A DNA stretch of 39,824 bases from a virus. Lineage: Duplodnaviria > Caudoviricetes. Position numbers and translations under genes: made by a program. The notes beneath the pieces were generated by a model. It was not told the origin of the DNA. It made no database searches and was given only the letters and a program-made list of their open reading frames with translations. Below are positions 1-8,319 of the stretch, piece after piece. Position 1 is the first letter of the stretch; each line of letters starts with the position of its first letter. The stretch lies in the IMG/VR virus record IMGVR_UViG_3300037420_000668, positions 1 to 39,824 of that record; one strand, written 5' to 3'.

Positions 1-155
1 GCCACGTTCTCCAGCAGCGTGAATCGCGGTCGAACCAGGCGAATGGCACGCACCACCTCCCGCCACAGTCCAGAGCGGGCCCCGGCAAGTCCGGCACCCT
101 TACCGGCGATGCTAATGTCTTGGCATGGAAAGCCTGCGCAGATGACATCCGCATC
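1..155. repeat. Terminal direct repeat (circular assembly overlap), left copy
   Basis: 1-155 matches 39670-39824 except G29 vs A39698; the methyltransferase reading frame continues across the junction. Confidence 0.95.
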
Positions 156-416
156 CGGGAACTCCGTTTTAGTGATATCGCCTAGGTTTGGAGCGCCGAT
201 GCGCTGCTCCAAAACCTTGCTCGCGTAAGGATCGACTTCGGCCACTGCGACCGTTTCAAATCCGCCGGCGCGATGGAGGCCGAGGGAAAATCCCCCTATG
301 CCCGCGAACATGTCGATGACGCGCAAGGGATGCTCACTGATAGGCCGAGACCGTGAAACAGGGCTCGGTTCATGAGCAGCCCGGTCGGCGAAGCCGATGC
401 GCCCAGCATCAGCCAT
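1..416 (-). CDS. DNA cytosine-C5 methyltransferase alpha chain, N-terminal part (joins 39669..39186; 299 aa total)
   Basis: Manual translation from ATG at 416: MADAGRIG...LRVIDMFAGIGGF (motif I)...GDI...AGFPCQDISIAG (motif IV)...RPRFTLLENV (motif VI); missed by ORF track because of the contig break. Confidence 0.92.
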   Translation of the reverse strand, partial: MADAGRIGFADRAAHEPSPVSRSRPISEHPLRVIDMFAGIGGFSLGLHRAGGFETVAVAEVDPYASKVLEQRIGAPNLGDITKTEFPDADVICAGFPCQDISIAGKGAGLAGARSGLWREVVRAIRLVRPRFTLLENV

Positions 417-597
417 TGGTCAGCCCCCGCTTCAGCGCAATCTCTCGCCGTAGCTGCTCGGTCTTTGCATCGCGCAATGCGATCCACGCTTGTTCGCGCT
501 TTCTCGCTCCATGCAACGCCAGCTCACGAGCGCTTGCGATTGTGCGGTTACAGACTCGCTTGTGGCGGATCGTGAAAATGAGGGAGCGGAGGGTCAT
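409..597 (-). CDS. hypothetical protein
   Basis: 62 aa ORF coupled to neighbours by overlapping start/stop codons. Confidence 0.65.
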   Translation of the reverse strand: MTLRSLIFTIRHKRVCNRTIASARELALHGARKREQAWIALRDAKTEQLRREIALKRGLTNG

Positions 598-806
598 TTG
601 GCGATCCCTTCGGGCCGCGCTTGGCAGTCCTGAGGGACCGGCAAATCTCCGTTTGCCTCCCTGTCGGGTGCCATCGCTATCGCGCCGACAACGGTAAGCA
701 GCGCATCGATGTCGTCGCAGGTGTGCAGCGAATAAACGTAACCAGCGCGCCTACGCTGTGCGTTCTTCCGCGCAATCCGTCGAACTGCGGCGCTCCACTT
801 TGTCAT
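594..806 (-). CDS. hypothetical protein
   Basis: 70 aa ORF with ATGA overlaps at both ends. Confidence 0.6.
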   Translation of the reverse strand: MTKWSAAVRRIARKNAQRRRAGYVYSLHTCDDIDALLTVVGAIAMAPDREANGDLPVPQDCQARPEGIAK

Positions 807-1138
807 GCCGCCTGCCTTTCGCGCATCGCTGCGGCGTACTTTGCAGGCTGCTCAGCTAGTCGGCGGCGTTCCGCTTCTTCAGCTTCGAGGTCCGCTTTGG
901 GCAGGAACATGCTGCACTGTTCTGCGCCGAGCCCATCCTTGGTTTCAGGAATGAGCGTGCCGAGCATGGATTTGACCATCTTGCCGGTCTTGCCCTTGCG
1001 GCACTGGTCGTAATTGTAGAGCATGTGGAGCAGCCAGATCGGGCATCCACCGTTCTCTTCATCGCCTATGTGCGCGCAGTTGCAGCAATATTGCTCCTCG
1101 TAGCACATGCCGCTGGTGCCGTTCGGGAAGTAGGCCAT
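803..1138 (-). CDS. Cys-rich (probable zinc-binding) phage protein
   Basis: MAYFPNGTSG...YCCNCAH...GCPIW...CSMF; GGAGG RBS and TGATG overlap give start 1138. Confidence 0.75.
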   Translation of the reverse strand: MAYFPNGTSGMCYEEQYCCNCAHIGDEENGGCPIWLLHMLYNYDQCRKGKTGKMVKSMLGTLIPETKDGLGAEQCSMFLPKADLEAEEAERRRLAEQPAKYAAAMRERQAA

Positions 1139-1509
1139 CACAGCGCCTCCACTGCCGATTGCAATTCTCGCGTGAGACGATTGACCTTCTCGCGCGGCGT
1201 TTCGACCTGGGATGGCGCGCACAGATAGAGCGCTCGAACGGGCTCTATCGCCTCTTCGCCGAATGCGTAGGCAATGTTCAGCAGGGTCACGACATCAAGG
1301 CTGCACGCCTGCTCCTGCGCGTTCTCAATCGTGTCTTTGTGACATCCGATCTGCTCCGCAAGCTCCCAATCTGAGAGCCCTTTCGACGCCTTTAAATCGA
1401 GAATTATGCGTTTGATTGCAGTACGATACGAGTTGCGCGATGGCTTCCCGAATAGAGACCTCGGAAACGTTTCTTCTCCGGAAGGGAATACATTCGGAGC
1501 GCTCGCCAT
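1138..1509 (-). CDS. HTH transcription regulator, CII-like position
   Basis: XRE-like HTH GLSDWELAEQIGCHKDTIENA; lies downstream of cro in the same operon. Confidence 0.7.
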   Translation of the reverse strand: MASAPNVFPSGEETFPRSLFGKPSRNSYRTAIKRIILDLKASKGLSDWELAEQIGCHKDTIENAQEQACSLDVVTLLNIAYAFGEEAIEPVRALYLCAPSQVETPREKVNRLTRELQSAVEAL

Positions 1510-1802
1510 TACAAACTGCCCGTCCCGCTAAGAGGACCGGAAAGAAAAAAAGAATGACTGACGTTTGTACCGGACGGGCCGGCGCTAGCTCGGTGAGCAC
1601 CTTTTCGCTGGCTCGTCCTCAGCTCGGTGTGGATGGCGGGAATGTCGCCGAAGTCCCGAGCATTGGCGAGCTCGCGCGATCGATTCTCCATGACCTTCGC
1701 GGCGAAATCGAGAACGTGCTCGAACATGAGCCAGATACCCAAGAGGGTGAGGCCGGTGAGCAGCAAGCCTGCGATTGCGAGGGTGGCGTACAGGAGCGAC
1801 AT
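1509..1802 (-). CDS. membrane protein
   Basis: N-terminal hydrophobic helix; TAATG overlap with the next gene. Confidence 0.6.
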   Translation of the reverse strand: MSLLYATLAIAGLLLTGLTLLGIWLMFEHVLDFAAKVMENRSRELANARDFGDIPAIHTELRTSQRKGAHRASAGPSGTNVSHSFFLSGPLSGTGSL

Positions 1803-2153
1803 CTAGGCAGCCCTCGTGATATTGATCCGCCGCTCAAAAACGACTTGCGTTGGTGTTTCGAGCAGAATGCGGTCGGGCGTGAAGCGCACTGTGCGGAAGC
1901 CAAGCTTCCTCAGCCGCATCCGCTCGGCAAAGTTGAACCATCGGTGCAGCTGCTGTTTGGTGCGGCAGGCGCAGCCGCCCTGATAGCCATCGCTAAAAAG
2001 GTCTTGGAACTCGTCGACGCTTATGCCAGCCTCATACCAAGGCGGCGGCAAATCGATGCCGTTCGGAGAACGCCAGTGGCGCGAGAAACCGGGGCGAAAT
2101 GGTCCGCGCCCGTCAGCATCTTCGATACGCCAAAGCGTCCCCCCGCCGCTCAT
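1803..2153 (-). CDS. hypothetical phage protein
   Basis: MSGGGTLWRIEDADGRGPFRPG...; GGAG RBS before ATG 2153. Confidence 0.7.
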   Translation of the reverse strand: MSGGGTLWRIEDADGRGPFRPGFSRHWRSPNGIDLPPPWYEAGISVDEFQDLFSDGYQGGCACRTKQQLHRWFNFAERMRLRKLGFRTVRFTPDRILLETPTQVVFERRINITRAA

Positions 2154-2257
2154 CAACGAACTCCGGGTGGACAGAGGCGGCCCAGAGTCGCCAACTGCAT
2201 GGCTGCAACGCGGGGCCATGCGGGAACCAATTTCGAAGAAGCGCGATTCCGTGAGTC

Positions 2258-2482
2258 ATGGCCGACCAGATCAGACCCGGAGTGTACCTGCTCGACGATG
2301 CTCCGGAGTTCGTGCTGCGCGACGGGCTTGTGCGTATCCAGTCGCGATCCGGGGGAGTCGAGTTCGAGATGGTCCAGACCGTCAATCAGTTCTACAAGGC
2401 CTCTCATCGAGCCAAGCGGCTGCGCGAGGAAATTGCCAGCAAGGGCGTTGTTGTGCCCTTCAAGGATGCCGACGAGCACTAA
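2258..2482 (+). CDS. small protein antisense to the cro operon
   Basis: 74 aa, protein-like composition, stop overlaps the cro stop. Confidence 0.55.
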   Translation: MADQIRPGVYLLDDAPEFVLRDGLVRIQSRSGGVEFEMVQTVNQFYKASHRAKRLREEIASKGVVVPFKDADEH

Positions 2483-2679
2483 GCTGCTTTCACCAAGCCA
2501 TCAGCAGTCACGAGACCTTCTGAGGCCTCAATGATCGACCGCATGGTTTCGCGGGTGATGTTCTGCTCGCCGCGGCGGATCCTCGATATCGAAGCCCCAC
2601 TGAGCGGCGGGTTGCATTTCGCGCCGAACTCCGAAGCGGTCAGCGCGCCGGGGAGGTTGAGATATTGATCGAGGGTCAT
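2479..2679 (-). CDS. cro: Cro-like repressor
   Basis: MTLDQYL...SGASISRIRRG...IIEASEGLVTADGL; divergent from cI. Confidence 0.8.
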   Translation of the reverse strand: MTLDQYLNLPGALTASEFGAKCNPPLSGASISRIRRGEQNITRETMRSIIEASEGLVTADGLVKAA

Positions 2680-2684
2680 ACCTC

Positions 2685-2713
2685 TCCTTACATCGGGTGT
2701 AAGGGGCAATCAA
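2685..2713 (-). promoter_or_regulatory. PR-like promoter overlapped by operator CCTTACA-TCGGG-TGTAAGG (2686-2704)
   Basis: Minus strand TTGATT-N17-TAAGGA; 7-bp-arm palindrome that is the reverse complement of the operator at 3153-3170. Confidence 0.8.
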
Positions 2714-2772
2714 GGCCAATTTTACATGGGGAGGCATTATATCGCGAGCGGCCTTGTAGGATACTCTCCTAC

Positions 2773-3096
2773 ATGGAACGCAAAGCTACTTACATCAGAG
2801 CATGGCGAGCTGAGCGCGGCTATTCGCTGGACGATATGGTCGGGAGGTTGGCTGTGCTGGGCGTGGATACCACTGGCGCTAGTCTTAGCAGAATAGAGCG
2901 TGGCATTCAGCCGTATAACCAGGACACGCTAGAGGCAATCGCCGCTGCCTTAGACGTTCCAGCGTCATATCTGATCGAGCGCAATCCGGCGATGCCGCCC
3001 GCGAAGGTCTATGATTTCCTCAGCCATTTGAACAAAGACGAAGCTGACCAAGCTGAGAAAGTGCTGCGCGCGATGTTCGGAGATAGGACCGGATAG
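2773..3096 (+). CDS. CI-like XRE repressor (107 aa, no S24 peptidase domain)
   Basis: IRAWRAERGYSLDDM...GASLSRIERGIQPY...IAAALDV XRE HTH; flanked by operators; probable leaderless start after GATACT. Confidence 0.85.
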   Translation: MERKATYIRAWRAERGYSLDDMVGRLAVLGVDTTGASLSRIERGIQPYNQDTLEAIAAALDVPASYLIERNPAMPPAKVYDFLSHLNKDEADQAEKVLRAMFGDRTG

Positions 3097-3098
3097 TC

Positions 3099-3172
3099 GT
3101 TACGCTGACAGCAACTAAATTACGCCCCGCGTAAAATAAGGGGTTGCAATGGCCTTACACCCGATGTAAGAA
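3099..3172 (+). promoter_or_regulatory. PL-like promoter and three operators (TTAC-N7-GTAA family)
   Basis: TTGCAA(3144)-N17-TAAGAA(3167); operators at 3154-3170 (CTTACACCCGATGTAAG), 3120-3134 (TTACGCCCCGCGTAA), 3099-3115 (degenerate). Confidence 0.8.
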
Positions 3173-3208
3173 CTCCTCATCGGCCAATCACGGCCATGGG
3201 GATGAACA

Positions 3209-3793
3209 GTGGCGAGCGACTACGATGATGAGCGCTATGTTTCGCCAACGTCGATTGCAGACGTTGTTGAACAGGATGACGGCACCCACGAAATCCGCAT
3301 TCGCATTGAGCCGCCCTCCAGCGAGGAAATTGCAGATGCTTTAGCGCGCCGTCTCTTCTCTGATTATTCCAACAGCAACGCCATCCGAGAAACGGCTCTT
3401 GCCGCTTTTGAAAACATGGTCGTTGGCGCGGTCAACGCTGAGGCAAAGGCCGCAATTGCGGAGGCGATGGGAGTTGCTCGTCAGCCCACAGACGCCTTCG
3501 GCAATCCGGTAGGTGTCGCCCGCACGTTCTCACAGATGATTGGTGAACAAGTAAGGGCGTGGCAGGAAGAAACTGTCAACGCGCACGATGGTAAGCCAGC
3601 CAAGCCGGACGCTTACAATAGGGACCGCGTGATTACGCGCAGGGAATACCTAGTGCGGCAAGTCGGCGCTGCTGAGTTCGAGAAACTGGCCAAGGAAGAG
3701 GTTGCTAAGGTTCGCGCCATCGCCAAGGCCAAAGTCGAAGCCACAATCAAGGACACGGTTGCCAAGTCGCTGTCCGCTCTGGTGTCCGCATGA
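3209..3793 (+). CDS. hypothetical protein, first gene of PL operon
   Basis: 194 aa ORF, GTG start, helical composition. Confidence 0.8.
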   Translation: MASDYDDERYVSPTSIADVVEQDDGTHEIRIRIEPPSSEEIADALARRLFSDYSNSNAIRETALAAFENMVVGAVNAEAKAAIAEAMGVARQPTDAFGNPVGVARTFSQMIGEQVRAWQEETVNAHDGKPAKPDAYNRDRVITRREYLVRQVGAAEFEKLAKEEVAKVRAIAKAKVEATIKDTVAKSLSALVSA

Positions 3794-4026
3794 CCCGCCC
3801 AGCACTCACACCATGGGGCGAGGTGATCCCGCTTCACAGAGGCGTTCGCCCAACCACAATCGAACAATCCTATGCTCGTCAGGGCAAAGCGTTTCGCCCA
3901 GATCCAATCGACCTCAGAGTCAACCAGCTCAAGCTACGGGTGCATCCGCCGATACCTGTTTGGCACGTGATCGTGATGCTCGTTGTCGCGGCTGCGATTG
4001 GCGCGATGCTGGCGGTGCAGCTGTGA
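3790..4026 (+). CDS. small membrane protein
   Basis: C-terminal TM helix; ATGA coupling. Confidence 0.7.
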   Translation: MTRPALTPWGEVIPLHRGVRPTTIEQSYARQGKAFRPDPIDLRVNQLKLRVHPPIPVWHVIVMLVVAAAIGAMLAVQL

Positions 4027-4166
4027 GCGCGCCTCAGTTCAAGTGCGGACATGAGCGCGAGCAGGGCAACATCAAGCTCGTCCGCAATGGAACGGGCGAG
4101 GCATGTCTAACCTGTTTCCGCAATCTCGACAAACTTTACCGTCGCGCCAAGCGGAGAGCGGCATGA
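4023..4166 (+). CDS. small zinc-finger-like protein (47 aa)
   Basis: MSAPQFKCGH...ACLTC; GTGA and ATGA overlaps. Confidence 0.6.
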   Translation: MSAPQFKCGHEREQGNIKLVRNGTGEACLTCFRNLDKLYRRAKRRAA

Positions 4167-4429
4167 CCCGCGCCGTTATCGCAGACGCATCGCAAATAAG
4201 CGCCGCCGAATTCGCACGGTCCCTTGGTCTTCGCGTTCGATCTGCTGAGCAAAAGCAAGCCGAATGGGATGCAGAGGTCGAGCGCTACGTCAAGATGATC
4301 CTCAGCGGTCGTGAGTTCTCTGAATACGGCAACAACGCAGTTCGTGAGGCTCTTCGTCTCATTGCTCTGCGTGAGGGTGATGCAGAGCCCACTAGTGATC
4401 CGCTGTTGAAGCGGAGGGCTGCGGCATGA
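4163..4429 (+). CDS. hypothetical protein
   Basis: GGAG RBS, ATGA overlaps. Confidence 0.7.
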   Translation: MTRAVIADASQISAAEFARSLGLRVRSAEQKQAEWDAEVERYVKMILSGREFSEYGNNAVREALRLIALREGDAEPTSDPLLKRRAAA

Positions 4430-4578
4430 CCTGCATCAGGCTCCCCAATGGCGGCATTGCCTGCACGAGAGGTCGGCCAGTCAGCAAGGAAGCGCTCAAG
4501 CGCGACTTGGAAATCATCGAACAATTTGAACGCGATTTGGAGGACGGCAAGTATGACAAGCGTAACCAGAAAAGCTGA
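4426..4578 (+). CDS. hypothetical 50 aa protein
   Basis: MTCIRLPNGGIACTRG...; GGAGG RBS, ATGA overlap; below ORF-track cutoff. Confidence 0.6.
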   Translation: MTCIRLPNGGIACTRGRPVSKEALKRDLEIIEQFERDLEDGKYDKRNQKS

Positions 4579-4825
4579 TTACGTCCGCTCCGAAGCGGCG
4601 CGCAACACTACGTTCGATCACCACTGCCATTGGCCGGGATGCGAGCGCAAAGTGCCGCCAGCCATGTGGGGATGCAAGACACATTGGTTCAAACTGCCGA
4701 TGCGTCTGCGCTCGCGGATATGGGCGACGTACAGGCCGGGGCAGGAAGTCACGAAAGATCCGAGCGCTGACTACCTGACCGTGGCGCGCGAAGTTCAAGC
4801 GTGGATCACGGAGCAATCGGCATGA
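4553..4825 (+). CDS. conserved phage protein with CxxxxC/CxxH zinc motif
   Basis: HHCHWPGC...MWGCKTHW...YRPGQE; GGAGG RBS. Confidence 0.8.
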   Translation: MTSVTRKADYVRSEAARNTTFDHHCHWPGCERKVPPAMWGCKTHWFKLPMRLRSRIWATYRPGQEVTKDPSADYLTVAREVQAWITEQSA

Positions 4826-5010
4826 CCGACCTTGAGCGCATGGAAGGCCTGTTTGTCGGCCAGCTCGACGATTACGAAATGTGGCTGTTCGAGCATGCCG
4901 TCGCTGATGGAATGGCCGAGCGATCATATGAGGGCGGCGCTGGGTTCATGGAGCTGCCGAAAGTCCGCCTGATCCGAACCGTTGCTGTTCCAAAAGCGAG
5001 GGCAGCATGA
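4822..5010 (+). CDS. hypothetical protein
   Basis: GGAG RBS, ATGA overlaps. Confidence 0.65.
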   Translation: MTDLERMEGLFVGQLDDYEMWLFEHAVADGMAERSYEGGAGFMELPKVRLIRTVAVPKARAA

Positions 5011-5240
5011 ATCGCGATTTATCCTCCCGCATCGCCAACGCCTTTGGCGACTATGCTGATCTCATCGTTCGTAAGGCGGGTGAGAAACAGAGGAATGATG
5101 GGTTGGCGAATGCTGCTTCGCAGCACCGTTGCTCTCATCCTTCGGATCGAGCCCCTACGGGTAACGATCCGGGCCGCAATCAAGAACACAGGGGCGGCGG
5201 GACGGCCAATAACCTCCCGCCGAGCAATTCAAATGACTGA
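5007..5240 (+). CDS. hypothetical protein
   Basis: 77 aa, ATGA coupling. Confidence 0.5.
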   Translation: MNRDLSSRIANAFGDYADLIVRKAGEKQRNDGLANAASQHRCSHPSDRAPTGNDPGRNQEHRGGGTANNLPPSNSND

Positions 5241-5601
5241 CGTGGAAGCGCCGATCCGGCAAACGCTCAAACTAGGCGACCGCCGCTACACCGTTCAGAC
5301 GATCGCCAGCGGTCAGCCGCGCGCTTACGCAGACACCATAAATCACGTCCGCGTGACGTTCGAATGGGTACCGTACAAGAAGCGCGAGGACGGCGAGGAG
5401 TTAGCATTCGAGCCGTGCGCCAATTGGACTCCGGAGGCAGCGCAACACGCGCTTAAGGGCCTCTGCTGCGGCTTTACAGACTTCGACTACAAAACTGCCG
5501 AGCCGACGATGGACAACCACTTCAGAACGCGCCTCGACTGGCTGCGCGAAGTGGCTCCCGGCGTCTGGGAATTTCACACAACCTCACCGTTCACGGATTG
5601 A
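5233..5601 (+). CDS. hypothetical protein
   Basis: 122 aa from ATG 5233, globular composition. Confidence 0.7.
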   Translation: MTDVEAPIRQTLKLGDRRYTVQTIASGQPRAYADTINHVRVTFEWVPYKKREDGEELAFEPCANWTPEAAQHALKGLCCGFTDFDYKTAEPTMDNHFRTRLDWLREVAPGVWEFHTTSPFTD

Positions 5602-5615
5602 AAGGGGCCGCAATA

Positions 5616-6356
5616 ATGGCAACCGCACTTAAGACCGTCGAGCAAGTGCTGAACGAGCTTCCTAAGCCGAACATCGCGCAGCGCATCGCCGCCGTCATGG
5701 GCGAGGTCGATTACGTCCAGAAGGAAAAGAAGCAGGGTATGAACTACTCCATCGTGTCGCATGACGCGGTGACGGCCAAGGTTCGCCCACTGCTCCACAA
5801 GCACGGCGTCATCTACTATCCCCGAGCCCTCACGGTGAGCCAGAACGGCAACCGCACTGAAGCCGTGTTCACTGTGCGCTTTGAGAACATCGACGACCGC
5901 GCCGACTTCATCGACGTGGAGACGTTCGGTTACGGCGTTGATCCCCAGGACAAGGGGCCGGGCAAGGCCATGAGTTATGGCGTCAAATATGCGCTGCTGA
6001 AGGTGCTCGGGCTGGAGACTGGTGACGACCCTGACGTAGTTCAGGACGATCGGGCCAACCATCAGACAGACGGAAGTGATGCGTCGGCCCCTCGCGGCGA
6101 TGGCGATATGTCGGACAGCGCATTGCGCGGATGCGTCAAGACACTGGTCCACAATATCAACGGCTGCGCGACCATGCGCGACTTGGACGAACTGCTGGAG
6201 ATGGACGACTGCAAGACCATCATTGAGCAGACGCAGAGACGCTTCCCTAACTGGTGGGAGACAGGCGCCGGCCTGCCGCGCGAGTTCGTGCCCCTCAAGA
6301 AGCTTATCGAACAAACGCGTCAGGGATTGGCGCATCTGGAAAGGGAAGAGGCATGA
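5616..6356 (+). CDS. ERF-family single-strand annealing recombinase
   Basis: DKGPGKAMSYGVKYALLKVLGLETGDDPD ERF signature. Confidence 0.85.
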   Translation: MATALKTVEQVLNELPKPNIAQRIAAVMGEVDYVQKEKKQGMNYSIVSHDAVTAKVRPLLHKHGVIYYPRALTVSQNGNRTEAVFTVRFENIDDRADFIDVETFGYGVDPQDKGPGKAMSYGVKYALLKVLGLETGDDPDVVQDDRANHQTDGSDASAPRGDGDMSDSALRGCVKTLVHNINGCATMRDLDELLEMDDCKTIIEQTQRRFPNWWETGAGLPREFVPLKKLIEQTRQGLAHLEREEA

Positions 6357-6604
6357 GCAACCGTAAGGACATTTGCGTCCCTCGCAAGAAGAAGGACGGC
6401 GGCACTTATTGGGTGAAGATCGGCACGGCGTGGGAGAACGACAAAGGCGTCCAGCTTGTGTTCGATGCGCTCCCGATCGCGGATAGCGAAGGCCGGTGCG
6501 TGGCAAACTTGTTTGAGCCGCGAGAGAATAACAACGCCCGCGCCTCATCGGGACGTGGCGAAGTTCGCCAGCCTGCCGAGCTAGACGACGAGGTTCCGTT
6601 CTAG
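6353..6604 (+). CDS. putative ssDNA-binding protein
   Basis: WVKIGTAW...FDALP core, SSB-type acidic tail LDDEVPF; next to ERF. Confidence 0.7.
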   Translation: MSNRKDICVPRKKKDGGTYWVKIGTAWENDKGVQLVFDALPIADSEGRCVANLFEPRENNNARASSGRGEVRQPAELDDEVPF

Positions 6605-6607
6605 GCC

Positions 6608-6943
6608 ATGCGCGTCGATGTCAGCCCCCGCCGCAAGAATGCCCCGCGCCCCGCGTGGAAGGTCGAAGTGGCCTATCGCCAATGGCTCAGAGGCCGCCCG
6701 TGCGCTGTGAAGCACCTTGGCGGCTGCTGGGGACGCATGGAATCCGCGCACACCCCTGATCCGCAGTCGAAAGGCGCGGGCACCAAGGCAGCTGACCACA
6801 ACGCAATCCCTCTCTGCCAAGGCCATCATAAACTTCATACGGATAAGGGCTGGTCGGCGATCGATCTGAACCGCGAAAGAGCGCAGCGCATGGCTGCAGC
6901 TTACTGGTCACTGTGGAAAGGCGACAAGGGGGAACTGGCGTGA
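6608..6943 (+). CDS. DUF968-like putative HNH nuclease
   Basis: WLRGRPCAV...AH...GAGTKAADHNAIPLCQGHH. Confidence 0.75.
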   Translation: MRVDVSPRRKNAPRPAWKVEVAYRQWLRGRPCAVKHLGGCWGRMESAHTPDPQSKGAGTKAADHNAIPLCQGHHKLHTDKGWSAIDLNRERAQRMAAAYWSLWKGDKGELA

Positions 6944-7077
6944 CAGAGTTTCAGTGGCTTGAAAAGATCCTACGCGACGAAGGGTTTATCGTCGGTCCTC
7001 TTAGCCGTGGTGACGAGCGCGCCATTGATACTTTGCTCGACGAGGCAATCCGAGAAAGGTTCAGCAATGGCCGATGA
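6940..7077 (+). CDS. hypothetical 45 aa protein
   Basis: GTGA overlap; MTEFQWLEKILRDEG... Confidence 0.55.
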   Translation: MTEFQWLEKILRDEGFIVGPLSRGDERAIDTLLDEAIRERFSNGR

Positions 7078-7492
7078 AGTTCCTCTCATCTTCGAGCGAC
7101 GGCTCGGCGGTCTTTTCCCCGCCAACCCTGCTGCCGAGCAAGCCCTAGCTGCCGTCACAGGAAAGGTGCGCGTCAAGCTCACCCGCACACAGGGCAACAA
7201 CAAGCGCATCGCCTTGTACTGGATCGTGCTTGGCCTCGCCGCCCCAATGCTAGACGAGCAAGCGCCAGGTCTGACGGACTCGCTCCTGCATAAGGTGCTG
7301 AAGGACCGCTACGGACTGGTCAAGGTCGTGAAGCTGCCAAGCGGTCAGCAGATCAAGGATTATGACAGCATCTCGTTCCATCAGATGACCGAGAACGAGC
7401 GGGCGGCTTACATTGATTGGTCGTTCTCCACGCTGAGCAAATGGCTGGGCGTTTCGGTCGAGGAATTGACGAAGGAGGCGAGGGCGGCATGA
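7067..7492 (+). CDS. DUF1367/NinB-like protein
   Basis: GGLFPAN...LPSG...DSISFHQMTENERAAY. Confidence 0.7.
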   Translation: MADEVPLIFERRLGGLFPANPAAEQALAAVTGKVRVKLTRTQGNNKRIALYWIVLGLAAPMLDEQAPGLTDSLLHKVLKDRYGLVKVVKLPSGQQIKDYDSISFHQMTENERAAYIDWSFSTLSKWLGVSVEELTKEARAA

Positions 7493-7740
7493 GGATCGGC
7501 GAATATGAGCTAGAGCAAACATGCTCCGCGTGTCCCGAACAGTACGATGTGAAGCGAAAGGGCGTGCAAGTTGGCTATTTGCGACTGCGACACGGCTACT
7601 TCTACGCAGACGTTCCGGAGTGTGGCGGTGAGTGTGTTTACGAGGCAGAGCCAGAGGGAGACGGCATATTCGCCGACCATGAGCGCGAGCGCTATCTGGC
7701 CGAAGCCATCGAAGCGATCGACAAGTGGTGGAAGTCATGA
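7489..7740 (+). CDS. conserved phage hypothetical protein
   Basis: QTCSACPEQYD...VGYLRLRHG...GDGIF...ER. Confidence 0.75.
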   Translation: MRIGEYELEQTCSACPEQYDVKRKGVQVGYLRLRHGYFYADVPECGGECVYEAEPEGDGIFADHERERYLAEAIEAIDKWWKS

Positions 7741-7934
7741 CCAAACCCTACGCACTCCACCAAACACCTGAACGCGACCCCATAGCCACCCGCGTCTGCA
7801 ATATCGTCTCATGGCGTAACGATGAGCACGAGGCACTTTGTGTGCGCGTTATTCGCTCAAGGTCGCACCCGAAATGGTCACGCAGCTGGAGCGATTTCAG
7901 GGTCGTGCATCCTAAGCTTAGGCGGGTGCGGTAG
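7737..7934 (+). CDS. hypothetical protein
   Basis: ATGA overlap. Confidence 0.5.
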   Translation: MTKPYALHQTPERDPIATRVCNIVSWRNDEHEALCVRVIRSRSHPKWSRSWSDFRVVHPKLRRVR

Positions 7935-7935
7935 G

Positions 7936-8319
7936 GTGAGCGCTGTGAGCCTCATTCTCGAGCACGGAAAGCCGCCGGCTGAGTGGTGCGAGGTATTCGC
8001 AGCCAAGGGCATTCCCATGTCTGAGCGCACCCTTCGCTCCAAGGCTCGCGAACTTGGCGCTTGCCATGTGCTCGGCAAGGCTATGATTATCACACCTGAC
8101 CAAATCGACCGAATCCTGGAGGAAGCATGCTCACCGCATATCGCAGAGGGTCAACATGGTGGGCGAAAGGGCGCGTCGAATACAACGGGCGGCCCATCAG
8201 CAGCTACATCCGCGAAAGCACTGGAGCATCTGATGAGATTGGAGCGCGGGACTGGATCGCAGAGAGGGAGGAGCGGGAGCGTCGTCGCTATCTCATCGGC
8301 GAAGAGGAGCAGCCGCTAA
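7936..8319 (+). CDS. xis: putative excisionase
   Basis: SERTLRSKARELGACHVLGKAMIITPDQIDRIL winged-helix-like; immediately upstream of and overlapping int. Confidence 0.6.
   Translation: MSAVSLILEHGKPPAEWCEVFAAKGIPMSERTLRSKARELGACHVLGKAMIITPDQIDRILEEACSPHIAEGQHGGRKGASNTTGGPSAATSAKALEHLMRLERGTGSQRGRSGSVVAISSAKRSSR

Noticed and set aside
1416-2534. 372 aa plus-strand ORF and other long shadow ORFs (5574-6548, 20918-22012)
   Set aside because: Antisense to well-supported coupled genes, no motifs; expected at this GC content
4155-7492. Recurrent GCGGCATGA at gene junctions
   Set aside because: Ordinary ATGA translational coupling with Ala-Ala ends, common in such phages
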